DNA of 64,000 bases from an uncultured Solirubrobacterales bacterium (GCA_963791095.1 CAWBRE010000012.1:9370-73369); one strand, 5' to 3'. Numbered from the stretch's first letter, positions 9,081 to 21,082 are shown. Numbers and translations are program-made. The notes: generated by a model not told the origin, from the letters alone.

Positions 9081-10490
9081 GCGAGACGAACGGCGCCTCC
9101 GCCAACGGCGCGGGCAAAGCCCCCGCCTCCTCCGCCGACTACGGCAAAACGGCGAGCTTCCTCGCGGTCGGCGTCGGGCTGACCGGGGTCATCACCTACG
9201 CCTACTTCCTGATCGCCTCGCACACGCTCTCGAAACCGGACTACGGGCAGATCACGGTGCTCTGGTCGGCGGTCTTCATCACCATCTCCACCCTCTACCG
9301 GCCGATCGAACAGCTGCTCAGCCGCCACATCTCCGAGCGCGTGGTCAAAGGCCAGTCGCTGAGCGAGCCGATGCGGGTCGCCTCGACGATCCAGTTCGGC
9401 CTCTCGCTGCTCTTCACCGTGGTCGCGCTGGCCCTGCGGGGGCCGATCCAGAACACCCTCCTGGAGGGGAACGAAACCCTCTACTGGGTCTTCTTCACCT
9501 CGGTGCTCTTCTACGCGGCGAGCTACTTCGCCCGCGGCTTCCTCGCCGGCAGCCAGCGGTTCGGGCTCTTCGTCGCCCTGATCCTGAGCGAATCCTGCTT
9601 CCGCACGATCTTCGCCGTGCTGGTCGTGGTCGGCATCCTCAGCGGCCAGGGCTGGGTCGCGGTCGGGATCACCGCGGCGCCCGCGCTCTCGCTGCTGGTC
9701 GTCCCGTTCGCCTTCGCCCGCAAAGCGCAGAAAGACAAAGCGGTGGCGCCCCCGCCCGAGGCCGCGGACGTCGAGGAGCCCGAGGCCTTCTCGCTTCCGC
9801 CACGGAGGCGGTTTCGCCGCCGCGGTCCTGCTGATCATGTTCTCCGAACAGGCCTTCCTCAACGCCGGGCCGCTGGTCATCCGCGGCCTCCAGGGCGCCG
9901 CCGAGGCGGGCTTCATCTTCAACGTGCTGATGATCGCGCGGGCGCCGCTGCAGCTCTTCCAGTCGATCTCGACCTCGATCCTCCCCCACCTCACCAGCCT
10001 CCACACCAGCGAGGACCCGGAGAGCGACCGCGAATTCGCCCACACGGTGAGGATGGTGCTGCTGGGGATCGTCGCCTTCACCGGGGCGGCCCTGGTCTTC
10101 ATGGCCGCGGTCGGCCCGAAAGCGATGCAGATCGCCTTCGGCAAAAACTTCACCTACGACCGCGCCGGCCTGCTGCTGGTGACGGTCGGGATGGGGCTCT
10201 ACCTCGCCTCGGTCACCCTGAACCAGGCCTGCGTCGCCCAGGGCCAGGTGCGGCGCGCCGCCGCCCGCTGGATCACCTGCGCGGTGATCTTCATCGGCTG
10301 GAACTTCGTCCCGCTGGTCTCCAACGAGCAGCGCCGGGTCGAGTTCGGCTTCCTGATCGCCGCCGGCGTCCTCTTCGCGCTCCTCTACTGGGTCTACCGC
10401 CGCCCCCACGCGCACAAAGGCGACACGCCGACGCCCGGCTCCCCGGAGGAGCTCGAGGCGCGCCTGGCGATGATCGACGAGAACGTCTGA
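9077..10490 (+). CDS. Wzx/MOP-like polysaccharide flippase family membrane protein; frame broken by one extra base near 9794-9797
   Basis: ATGA overlap with the GT2 stop. The N-terminal multi-TM part reads in the frame of ORF 8150..10507 up to ..EEPEAFSL. The rest (..HGGGFAAAVLLIMFSEQAFLNAG.. to 10490) reads in the +1 frame (ORF 9837..10490). Confidence 0.7.
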
Positions 10491-10516
10491 TCGGAGGCCT
10501 CCCCTAGGGTCTCCCG

Positions 10517-12322
10517 ATGGGCCACCACGACGCGATCCTGATCCTCGTCGCCGGTGTCCTCCTCGCTGCCGGGATCGCCGGCGCGCTGCTCGCCGACCAG
10601 GTGCGGGTCCCCGCCCTGCTGCTGTTCCTCGCCCTCGGGATGCTGGCCGGGTCGGAAGGCATCGGCGACATCCACTTCGCCAACTACGACCTGGCGCGGA
10701 CCCTGGGGACGATCGCGCTGGTGCTGATCCTGTTCGAGGGCGGGATCACCTCCGGCTGGCGGGAGATCCGCCCGGTGCTCGGCACGGCGGCCTCGCTGGC
10801 GACCCTGGGGACGCTGGCGACGGCGCTCCTCGCGGGGGTCGCCTCGAAATGGATCTTCGGGCTCTCCTGGCTGGAAGGGATGATCGTCGGCTCCGCGATC
10901 GCCGCCACCGACTCGGCCGCGATCTTCGCCGTCCTGCGCAACTCGACCCTGGAGAAGCGCCTGGCGCGCTCGCTCGAGGGCGAGTCGGGGATGAACGACC
11001 CGGTCGCCCTGCTGCTGGTGATCGGCTTCATCGAATGGATCCAGCAGCCGAACTACGGCGCCGCCGACATGGTCGGCCTGATCGCGCTGAAGATCGCGGT
11101 CGGGATCGTCGTCGGGCTCCTCCTGGGGAAAGCGGCGGTCTGGATCATGGAACGGATCGAGCTGCCCTCGGACGGGATCTACCCGGTGGCGACGATCGCC
11201 GCCGCGGCGCTCGCCTACGGGATCTCCGAGGTCGCCGGCGGCTCCGGCCTCCTCGCCGTCTACCTGACCGCGCTGGCGCTCGGCTCGGCGCGGATCCCGG
11301 CCAAGCGCAGCGTCATCTCCTTCCACGAGGGGCTCGGCTGGGTCTCCCAGATCGGCCTCTTCATCCTGCTCGGCGTGCTCGTCTTCCCGGGCGACCTGGG
11401 CGGCGTCGCGCTCAAGGGCCTGGCGCTCTCGGCGGTGCTGATCTTCGTCGCCCGCCCGCTCGCCACCTTCCTGGCGACGGCGTTCACCTCCTTCAACTTC
11501 CGCGAGAAGGTGATGCTCGGCTGGGCCGGCCTGCGCGGGGCGACGCCGATCTGGCTGGCGACCTTCCCGGTCGTCGCCGGGGTGCGCAGCGGCGAGGAAG
11601 AGTTCGCGATCGTCTTCTTCGTCGTCGTCACCTCGACCCTGGTGCAGGGGGCGAGCTTCGAGCCGCTGGCCAAGCGCCTGCGGCTGACCACCGACGAGCC
11701 GGCGCTGCCGCGGAGGCTCTTCGAGTCGGGGCGGATCCGCGAGATGGGCGGCGACGTGGTGGCGTTCCGGCTGCCGCCGGGCGCGGTCGCCGCCGGGCAC
11801 CGGGTGCGCGACCTCGAACTGCCGCGCGAGGCGCTGGTCAACGTGATCGTGCGCGACGGCCACGCGATCCCGCCGCGCGGGGCGACCGAACTGCACGAGG
11901 GCGACGAGCTCCACGTGCTGGTCCGCGGCGAGCTGCGCGACCAGGTGGAGAAGCTGACCGAGCGCTGGGTCAAAGGCCCGCTCGGCAAACCGGCACCGCC
12001 GCCACTGCCCCGCCGGGCGGCGTCCCAGGTCTTCTCGGTGCGGCCGCTGCGGGCGGGCGAAGATCCCGAGACGCCCACCGAGATCGACGGCATCCCGGTC
12101 GTCGCCGTGCTCCGCACCCGCAGCGACGACATCGGCGCGATGGCGGCGATGGCCGACGGCCGCTACGCGGTGACGAGCGGCGAGCTCGTCGCGATGGGAG
12201 GACGCCGAGCACTGGCGGGCTGGTGCGAGCGCCGCGCCGAACTCGAAGCGGTGGACGGCGAGACGAAGGCGTGGCTGCAGGAGATCACTGGCGCTCTCAT
12301 CGCCCGCGGCCGCCGGCGCTGA
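10517..12322 (+). CDS. CPA1-type cation/proton antiporter with C-terminal TrkA-C (RCK_C) domain
   Basis: 601 aa. Motifs IAATDSAAIFAVL, ESGMNDPVALLLV and GHRVRDLELPREALVNVIVRDG. Confidence 0.88.
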   Translation: MGHHDAILILVAGVLLAAGIAGALLADQVRVPALLLFLALGMLAGSEGIGDIHFANYDLARTLGTIALVLILFEGGITSGWREIRPVLGTAASLATLGTLATALLAGVASKWIFGLSWLEGMIVGSAIAATDSAAIFAVLRNSTLEKRLARSLEGESGMNDPVALLLVIGFIEWIQQPNYGAADMVGLIALKIAVGIVVGLLLGKAAVWIMERIELPSDGIYPVATIAAAALAYGISEVAGGSGLLAVYLTALALGSARIPAKRSVISFHEGLGWVSQIGLFILLGVLVFPGDLGGVALKGLALSAVLIFVARPLATFLATAFTSFNFREKVMLGWAGLRGATPIWLATFPVVAGVRSGEEEFAIVFFVVVTSTLVQGASFEPLAKRLRLTTDEPALPRRLFESGRIREMGGDVVAFRLPPGAVAAGHRVRDLELPREALVNVIVRDGHAIPPRGATELHEGDELHVLVRGELRDQVEKLTERWVKGPLGKPAPPPLPRRAASQVFSVRPLRAGEDPETPTEIDGIPVVAVLRTRSDDIGAMAAMADGRYAVTSGELVAMGGRRALAGWCERRAELEAVDGETKAWLQEITGALIARGRRR

Positions 12323-12341
12323 CCACCGCGCGGCACCCGTT

Positions 12342-12411
12342 GGGCGGGCCGGGGTGACCCCTGAACGAACCTCCCCGCTGTTGTGAGAGAAGGGGTCACC
12401 CCGGCCCGCCC
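12342..12411. repeat. Family A hairpin element, copy 1 (inverted orientation): 21-bp perfect stem around a 28-nt core
   Basis: GGGCGGGCCGGGGTGACCCCT..AGGGGTCACCCCGGCCCGCCC. The loop is the reverse complement of the core seen at 13041 and 47378, with a few changes. It lies between convergent gene ends. Confidence 0.8.
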
Positions 12412-12413
12412 CC

Positions 12414-12986
12414 TCAGAGCCCTAGGTCGTGCACCCCGCGCTCGTCCCAGCCCAGGTGGTGCGCTACCTCGTGGCGGACGGTTCGCGTTATCTGGGCGCG
12501 CAGGAGATCCGGATCCCAGCCGAAGTCGCGTTCGAGGGTGTCCTGGTAGATCACGATGTGGTCGCGGAAGTCGTCGCGGGCGACCGTGTCGCCGATGTAG
12601 TGGCCATAGGCGTGGAACTGGTGGCCGAGGTCGGAGATCACGATCGGCACGTCATTGAGGACCTCCTGGAATTCGGCCGGCAGCTCGTCGATCGCCTCGA
12701 CCACCGCTTCTTCGAACTCGCTCGGCTGCAACTGGCCGGACGGCAGCGTGGCGAGTAGTTCGCTGCGTTTCGCGATCCGCCGGAACTCCTCCTCCGGCAT
12801 CTCACCGCGACCGAGAAGCATCGCGACCAGGGCGGTGGCGAGGACGACGGCGACCGCCCCGGCCAGCAGTTGCACGAGGCCGCTGACCCGACCCCAGGTG
12901 AACGGGTCGAGCAGCAAGATCGCCAGCCCGATCAGGAAGCAGACCGTGACGATGATGCGAGCAGTCGAAGAAAGTCGTTCGCTCAT
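12414..12986 (-). CDS. Small membrane-anchored zinc metallopeptidase family protein (HExxH)
   Basis: ORF 12414..13058 trimmed to MSERLSS (ATG 12986), because the upstream extension is encoded by repeat A. TM segment, then TVRHEVAHHLG. Confidence 0.7.
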   Translation of the reverse strand: MSERLSSTARIIVTVCFLIGLAILLLDPFTWGRVSGLVQLLAGAVAVVLATALVAMLLGRGEMPEEEFRRIAKRSELLATLPSGQLQPSEFEEAVVEAIDELPAEFQEVLNDVPIVISDLGHQFHAYGHYIGDTVARDDFRDHIVIYQDTLERDFGWDPDLLRAQITRTVRHEVAHHLGWDERGVHDLGL

Positions 12987-13022
12987 ATGACGAGGGTAGC
13001 CCGGGGACAGATCTGGGGGTGA

Positions 13023-13087
13023 CCCTTGCGAAGGACCCGGGGGTGACCCTTCCCTCACGAACTGCGGGGAGGTTCGTCCAGGGTCAC
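13023..13087. repeat. Family A hairpin element, copy 2: 18-bp perfect stem around the 29-nt core TCCCTCACGAACTGCGGGGAGGTTCGTCC
   Basis: GGACCCGGGGGTGACCCT..AGGGTCACCCCCGGGTCC. The core is identical to the copy at 47378-47406. A partial duplicate of the left arm lies at 13006-13017. Confidence 0.85.
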
Positions 13088-13112
13088 CCCCGGGTCCCTC
13101 TCGACCGCGCGC

Positions 13113-13800
13113 TCAGGAGGCGCCGGCGGCTGAGGCGATCGCTTGATAGGCAGCGGCCGGGTCGTCGGCTCCGAAAACAGCGCTGCCTGCCACGAAGAGG
13201 GAGGCGCCGGCTGCGCCGATCGGGCCTGCCGTCTCCGTGTCGATGCCGCCGTCGACCTCGATCATCGGCGGTGCCGACCAGAGGCTTCAGGCGCTCTACC
13301 TTGTCCGGCGACGACGTGATGAAGGACTGGCCTCCCCAACCCGGGTTGACGGTCATGCAGAGGACGAGGTCGGCGAGGTCGCGGAGCTCGGCGAGGGCCT
13401 CGACCGGGGTGCCCGGATTGATCGCGATGCCGGCGCAGCAGCCTAGTTCGCGGATCGCCGCCAGGGTGCGGTTGGCGTGCGGGGTCGCCTCGGCGTGGAA
13501 GGTGATCGAGTCGGCGCCCGCCTTGGCGAACTCCTCGATCTGGCGCTCCGGCGTCTCGATCATCATGTGCACGTCGATCGCCCCGCCCGCCGCGTGGACG
13601 ACATCGGCGACCGCGCCCGCGACCAGCGGCCCGATCGTGATCGGCGGGACGAAGTGCCCGTCCATCACGTCGACGTGGATCACCCGCGCCCCCGCCGCCA
13701 TCACCTCCTCGACCTGCGAGCCGAGCTTGGCGAAGTCGGCGGAAAGGATCGACGGCGCCACCCGGCGCTCGGCGATCAGCTCGCGAAAACGGTCGCTCAT
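13113..13800 (-). CDS. rpe: Ribulose-phosphate 3-epimerase; frame broken by one extra base near 13263
   Basis: [54 protein letters not shown] reads in one frame. The expected [49 protein letters not shown] reads in the +1 frame. Confidence 0.9.
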
Positions 13801-13822
13801 GCGGCGCAGCCTACTGGCCGAC

Positions 13823-14071
13823 TCACGTCGGTTTCAGCATCGACGCCCCACACGTCTGGCACTGCATGTCGGCCGTGTGGGTCATGCGGGCGATCGTCTG
13901 GTGTTCGCCGCACTCGGGGCACTGGGAGACGAGTTCGAAGCGGCTCAGGCAGTTGACGCAGCGCAGGCGGCCGGGCAGCTGGGTCGGGCGCAGCCAGGGC
14001 TCGCCGCAGTTCGGGCACGGTGCTCGGTCGAGGATGCTGCTGCCGGAAACCTCGGACATCCGGCTAATCAT
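13823..14071 (-). CDS. Small zinc-ribbon protein (four CxxC pairs)
   Basis: 82 aa with CPNC, CVNC, CPEC, CQTC. 8-nt overlap with the rsmB stop suggests translational coupling. Confidence 0.6.
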   Translation of the reverse strand: MISRMSEVSGSSILDRAPCPNCGEPWLRPTQLPGRLRCVNCLSRFELVSQCPECGEHQTIARMTHTADMQCQTCGASMLKPT

Positions 14072-15433
14072 TGCGGGTCAGTCGGCTGATGAAAAACCCC
14101 GTCGTGGCGTCGCGGTCGGGACGAAGCTGCAACGTGCGGGGCTCATGGGGCGAGGCGAGGCCCGGGGCGAGCTCCCCGAGGTCGTCCAGGGTGAGGGCCG
14201 GGACCTGGCCGGCGGCGCTTGCCTCGAGCAGGGCCGCGATCCGATCCTCGTTCTCGCGCCGGGAGATCGTGCAGGTCGAGTAGACCAGGGTGCCGCCCGG
14301 CCGCAGCAGCTTCGCCGCGGCGACGAGTGCCTTCTCCTGCACCTCGGCGACCCGCTCGATCGTGCGCGGCGTTTTGCGCCAGCGGGCGTCGGGCCGCGAG
14401 GCGAGGGTGCCGAGGTCCGAGCAGGGCGCGTCGAGGAGGATGCGGTCGAAGCCCTCGGGCAGCGGCAGCTTCGTCACGTCGCCCTCGAAGATCGTCACCC
14501 CGTGCAGGTCGAGGCGGCGGGTCTGGGCGGCGATCTCGGCGGCGCGCGCCTCGTCGAGCTCGACCGAGATCACCTCGCCGCGGTCCTCCATCCGGGTCGC
14601 GATCTGGCCCGTCTTGATCCCCGGCCCGGCGCAGAGGTCGAGCACCGTCTCCCCCGCCCGCGGCTCCAGCACCGCGACCACCGCCGCCGAGCCGCGGCTC
14701 TGCGGGGTCAGGTAGCCCTCGGCGACCAGGCGCGGCACCGAGTCCCCGGTCCGCCCGGCGAAGACCAGTGCCTCGGCGACGTCGAGCGGCCAGCCGCCGC
14801 CCGCCGGCGACACGTCGACGCCCTCGCCCCGCAGCCGCGCCACCAGGTCGGCGCGGGCCTCACCGCCGGCCGCCCGCATCGCCACCTCGGCGGGCACGTT
14901 GCAGGCGGCGAGCAGCGAACGGGCCGTCTCGGCGCCGAGCTCCTCCCACCACATCCGCGCCAGCCAGAGCGGCGCCGAGTGCGCCACAGCGGCGGCCTCG
15001 GGCGTCGAGTCGTCCTCCAGCAGCGCCGCGGTCAGCTCCCCCCGTTCCCGCGCGGCGCGGCGGAGGATCGCGTTGACGAAGCCGCTCGCGTGGCTTGCCT
15101 TGGCGATCTTCACCAACTCCACCGCTTGGTCGACCGCGGCGTGGTCGGGGGTCCCGTCGGCGAAGAGCAGCTCGTAGAGGCCGAGCCGCAGCGCCGCCGC
15201 GACCGGCGGGTCGAGCAGCCGCATCGCGCGGCCCGAAAGCCGTTCGATCGCCGCATCGGAGGTGCCGCGCCGCTGCACCGACCCGTAGGTCAGCCGCTGC
15301 GCCTGCGCCCGATCGCGCCCGTCGAGCCCGAGCCGCTCCGCCCCGGCCCGGAACGCGACCTCGGTGTGGCCCTCGCGCTCGAAGGTCTCCCGCAGCACCT
15401 CGAAGGCGAGCGCCCGCGGCGCCTCTACCGGCA
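14064..15433 (-). CDS. rsmB: 16S rRNA (cytosine967-C5)-methyltransferase
   Basis: NusB-like N-terminal domain plus a methyltransferase domain (DLCAGPGIKT, DAPCSDLG, VYSTCT). Start trimmed to GTG 15433, because the ORF-track extension is encoded by the family B hairpin. Confidence 0.88.
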
Positions 15434-15443
15434 CGGCGGGCCT

Positions 15444-15484
15444 CCGTCTGCATTTACCCCCGCCCTCGAGGGGTAAATGCAGAC
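15444..15484. repeat. Family B hairpin: CGTCTGCATTTACCCC-N9-GGGGTAAATGCAGACG (16-bp perfect stem)
   Basis: Read directly. Lies between fmt and rsmB. Same arm as at 3773-3815. Confidence 0.8.
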
Positions 15485-15510
15485 GCCCGCGCCGAGGCAA
15501 GCCCGGTGCG

Positions 15511-16463
15511 TCACGCGAGCGCCGGCAGGTCGTGCCCGCGCAGGTAGTCGGCGGCGCTCATCGACTTGCCCCCGGCAGGCTGGACGACCTCGATCCGGAG
15601 CACCCCGTCTCCCGTTGCTGACCAAGAGGGCACCTCATCCACCGCAACCTCACCACCAGCGGCAGTTGAGGTTGCGGCGGATGACGGTGCTTCGGAGGCG
15701 CTTTCAGGATCACCAGCGTCACCGTCCGCGCCTGACGAACCCCCAGTCGCTCGCCGCCCTCCAACTCCAGATACGCCCCGATGTGCGGCGTCAGCGCCCG
15801 CACCTTCGCCGCCAGATCCGCCGCGCTCGCGGTCAGGTCCAGCCGCCGATCCTCGGCCGAGATCTTCTCCGCGTAGGTCACCTCGGCCTCGTCCTGCTCG
15901 GTGAACTCGAGCTTGCCGCCGGCGAGCCGGTCCAGCGCCTCGACCAGGAGATCGCCACCGAGGTCCGCCAGCTTCGGCGCCAGCGTCCCGTAGTCCTTGT
16001 CCCCGGTCTCGACCTCGGCGCGCAGCGCCACCGGCCCCGAGTCGAGCCCGGCGGTCAGGCGCATCACGCAGACGCCGGTGCGCTCGTCGCGGGCCATGAT
16101 CGCCCGCTCGATCGGCGCCGCCCCGCGCCAACGCGGCAACAGCGAGGGATGGATGTTCAAGATCTCGGTGAGACTCAGGAGCGGCTCGCGGATCAGCTGG
16201 CCGAAGGCGCAGACGAGCACCGCCTCGGGCCGCGCCGCGCGGATCCGCTCCAGCGCAGCCTCGTCGTTGACGTTCGACGCCTGCAGCAGGTCGAGGCCCA
16301 GCTCGCCGGCCAGCTCGGCGACCGGCGGCGGCGAGACCTTGCGTCCCCGCCCCTGCCTGCTGTCCGGCGGGGTGACGACGAGGGCGGGCTTGTGGGGCGA
16401 GTCGGCCAGACGGCGCAGGACCGTCGCGGCGAAGGCCGAGGTACCCAGGTAGACGGTCCTCAC
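15511..16463 (-). CDS. fmt: Methionyl-tRNA formyltransferase; frame change near 15720-15734 (net -1, or two +1)
   Basis: N-terminal and central parts (IHPSLLPRWRGAAPIE) read in ORF 15558..16463. The conserved C-terminus ..ATGDGVLRIEVVQPAGGKSMSAADYLRGHDLPALA* reads in ORF 15511..16131. Confidence 0.88.
15639..15680. repeat. 42-bp palindromic element inside the fmt coding sequence (14-bp arms, 1 mismatch, 14-nt loop)
   Basis: CCACCGCAACCTCA-N14-TGAGGTTGCGGCGG. It encodes the low-complexity stretch SSAATSTAAGGEVAV, at a point where this Fmt is about 13-15 aa longer than my recollection of E. coli Fmt. Confidence 0.6.
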
Positions 16464-16467
16464 GCGC

Positions 16468-17106
16468 TCACGCGTCGGTGCGCGGCTCGCGCAGCTCCTC
16501 GCCGGGATCGTCCTCGTCTTCGGCGGGCGGGTGGTAGCTCTCTTCCGCGCGCAGAGCCCGCAGCGCCGCCTTACGCTGCTTGCGTTCGGTGCGGTCGAGG
16601 ATCAGCACCCCGTCGAGGTGGTCGATCTCGTGCTGGAGGACGCGCGCCTCGAGGCCCGAGGCCTCGATCGTGACCGGCTCACCGTCGACGTCGCGGCCGG
16701 TGAAGCGGGCATGGAGCGGGCGCTCGACGTCCATCGTCACCTTCGGCAGGCTGAGGCAGCCCTCCTCGGCGATCGCCAGTTCGTCCGACATCCACTCGAT
16801 CTTCGGGTTGACGAGCGCCGATGGCTCGTTGTCGCCGCCCGCCTGGAAGACGAGGAGGCGGCGCAGCACGCCGAGCTGGGTGGCGGCGAGGCCGACCCCC
16901 ATCCCGTCTTGCATGATGTGGATCATCCGCTCGACCTCGGCGCGCAGCTCGGGGCCGAACTCGTGCACCTCCGACGCCCGGCTTTTCAGCACCGGGTCGC
17001 CGAACTTGACCACGTGGGCGAGCGCCGCTTCACGGCGTTCGATGAGCTTCTGGTGAAGCTCCTCCTCCTCGTTGTCCGCGGCGTCGACCGCCGGCTCGTC
17101 GCTCAT
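16468..17106 (-). CDS. def: Peptide deformylase
   Basis: 212 aa. Motifs GVGLAATQLG, EGCLSLP, QHEIDHLDG. Confidence 0.95.
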   Translation of the reverse strand: MSDEPAVDAADNEEEELHQKLIERREAALAHVVKFGDPVLKSRASEVHEFGPELRAEVERMIHIMQDGMGVGLAATQLGVLRRLLVFQAGGDNEPSALVNPKIEWMSDELAIAEEGCLSLPKVTMDVERPLHARFTGRDVDGEPVTIEASGLEARVLQHEIDHLDGVLILDRTERKQRKAALRALRAEESYHPPAEDEDDPGEELREPRTDA

Positions 17107-17124
17107 ACGTCGATTCTAAGCGCC

Positions 17125-19324
<2,200 letters not shown>

Positions 19325-19404
19325 CCCGGCCGAGGTTATGGATACCGGGGGACGGGCGCCTTCGGCCGCGGTGGACCGATCGACAAAACTCCGGCAAACG
19401 CCGC

Positions 19405-19418
19405 CATAAGCGCTTATG
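19405..19418. promoter_or_regulatory. 14-bp perfect palindrome CATAAGCGCTTATG in the priA / bPH2 divergent region (candidate operator)
   Basis: Read directly. AT-rich arms, similar in architecture to 1358-1371. Confidence 0.3.
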
Positions 19419-19931
19419 CTGCCGCGCGTGAACATGAACCTCAGCGAGGGCGAGACGATCATCTTCCAGGGGCACCCCTCCTGGCGGGCGATCCTCGGCT
19501 TCTACCTCAAAGGCGTCGTCATCGCGATCATCCTCGGGATCATCGCCAAGCTGGTCTCGAGCACGACCTCGGTCTTCGTCGTCGTGCTCGTGGTCCTGGC
19601 GCTGACGCTGCTGGTCGGCTTCATCAAACGCTGGGCGACCACGTACTCGATCACCACCCGCCGCCTCAACATCAAGCGCGGGATCATCTCGCGGGAGATC
19701 CAGGAGACGCGGCTGGAGCGGGTCCAGAACGTCAACTACAACCAGTCGGTCTACCAGCGCGTGATGCACATCGGCGACGTCGACTTCGACACCGCCGCGA
19801 GCGGCGACTACGACTTCATCTTCTACGGCGTCGCCGACCCGGAGAGCGTGGTCGAACGGGTCGACCGCGCGACCGGCGCGAACGCCGCCGGCAGCCACGG
19901 GCTCGGCGAGCCGCAGGCGCCTGGGGTTTAG
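19416..19931 (+). CDS. bPH2 (DUF304/YdbS-YdbT-like) membrane protein
   Basis: 171 aa. GETIIFQGHPSW, two TM segments, then YSITTRRLNIKRGIISREIQETRLERVQNV. The start may instead be ATG 19434 (MNLSEGE). Confidence 0.8.
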   Translation: MLPRVNMNLSEGETIIFQGHPSWRAILGFYLKGVVIAIILGIIAKLVSSTTSVFVVVLVVLALTLLVGFIKRWATTYSITTRRLNIKRGIISREIQETRLERVQNVNYNQSVYQRVMHIGDVDFDTAASGDYDFIFYGVADPESVVERVDRATGANAAGSHGLGEPQAPGV

Positions 19932-20080
19932 GCGGACGCCGTTGGACGGGGCGATCCCGTCCGCGGCCCGGGCGGGCTGAGGCCGCAGGCCGGGATCGCG
20001 CTGGTGGAGGTGCGGGACGCGCAAGGGGCGGTGCGGGACGAAGTCGGGACGGGCGAGGGGCGGTAGGGACGGAAGTCGGA

Positions 20081-20132
20081 CGAGCCATTCCGTATGCGGC
20101 TCGGGCAGGCTGAAGCCGCATACGGAATGGCT
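20081..20132. repeat. Perfect 20-bp stem / 12-nt loop hairpin 3' of the decayed DUF559 gene
   Basis: GAGCCATTCCGTATGCGGCT-N12-AGCCGCATACGGAATGGCTC. Flanked by degenerate GTGCGGGAC-type tandem repeats. Confidence 0.75.
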
Positions 20133-20205
20133 CTGAGGCCGGCGGAGGGATGCGCGGGAGTGCGGGAGTGCGGGGCGCGATCTGGCCCTGGACGGTGCCG
20201 ACGGT

Positions 20206-21082
20206 CACTTCGTCGGCAGGTGCGGACGCAGGCGACGGAGGACGTTCGTCACCTCGTCTGGTTCGTGGGTGATCTGCCAGTGGGTGAAGCGCAGGACGCG
20301 GAGGCCCGCGGCGGTGTGGGTCTGGTCGCGTCTGGCGGCTCGGGCCTGCTGGGACGGGCGTGCGGTGGTAACGGAGGCCGTCGGTCTCGACGATCAGGTC
20401 TTGGTCGGGGAAGTGGAAGTCGGCCTCGTAGCCGAGGACCGCGGTGTTTGGTGAGCGGGCCGGGCAGACCGGCGGCGAGGGCGAGGGGACGGAACAGGAC
20501 CTCGAGGTCTGAGTCTGAGAGGCGGAAGGTGTGGCGGTCGAGGAGGGTGGCTAGCTTCTTCACCCCCGGCTCGCCCTTGTGGCCGTCCAGGGATCGCCGG
20601 AGCGTCTCCGGGTCGACCAGGTCGAGCTTGTCCGCCTCGTTGACCGCCCTCTCCAGGCGGAGCGGCTTCAGTTCCGTCGCCAGGTCGATCAGGGTCTGGA
20701 CCGGGTGTGGTGACCGGGATGCCGTGGCGGTGGACGAAACTGCGGGCAGCGAGGGAGGGGCGGCTGCGCACCTTCAGTCCCCGCGGCGGACTCGAGGCGA
20801 CTGCGGCGCGGGATGGTGACGTCGATCGCGTCCCCGCTCCTCGCGGCCGATCCCCCAGAGCTCGGCAGCACTGCGGTGGCTGAGCATGGCCCCGTCCCCG
20901 CAGGCGAGCACCGCCGCCATCCAGCGCCCATGGGGTGAAAGCTCGCGCCGTCCCACGGCGTAGACACCCGCGGAAATCAGGTGCAGGCGCCCGGTGGCCA
21001 GGCGGTGTTCTATCGCCTCCTCCGTGAATCCGAGGCCCTCGAGATCCCTCCGCGCCACCACCCCATGCTGCCGGCGCGCCAT
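20206..21082 (-). pseudogene. DUF559 / AbiEi-like N-domain endonuclease-family gene, disrupted by five single-base frame shifts
   Basis: The pieces read in order: MARRQHGVVARRDLEGLGF..LWGIG | IDVTIPRRS | RGLKVRSRPSLAARSFVHRHGIPVTTP | VQTLIDLATELKPLRLERAVNEADKL..KKLATLLDRHTFRLSDSDLEVLFRPLALAAGLPGPLT | VLGYEADFHFPDQDLIVETDGLRYHRTP | QQARAARRDQTHTAAGLRVLRFTHWQI..*. Frames go 1>0>2>1>0>2. Paralogue of 30035..31034. Confidence 0.8.
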
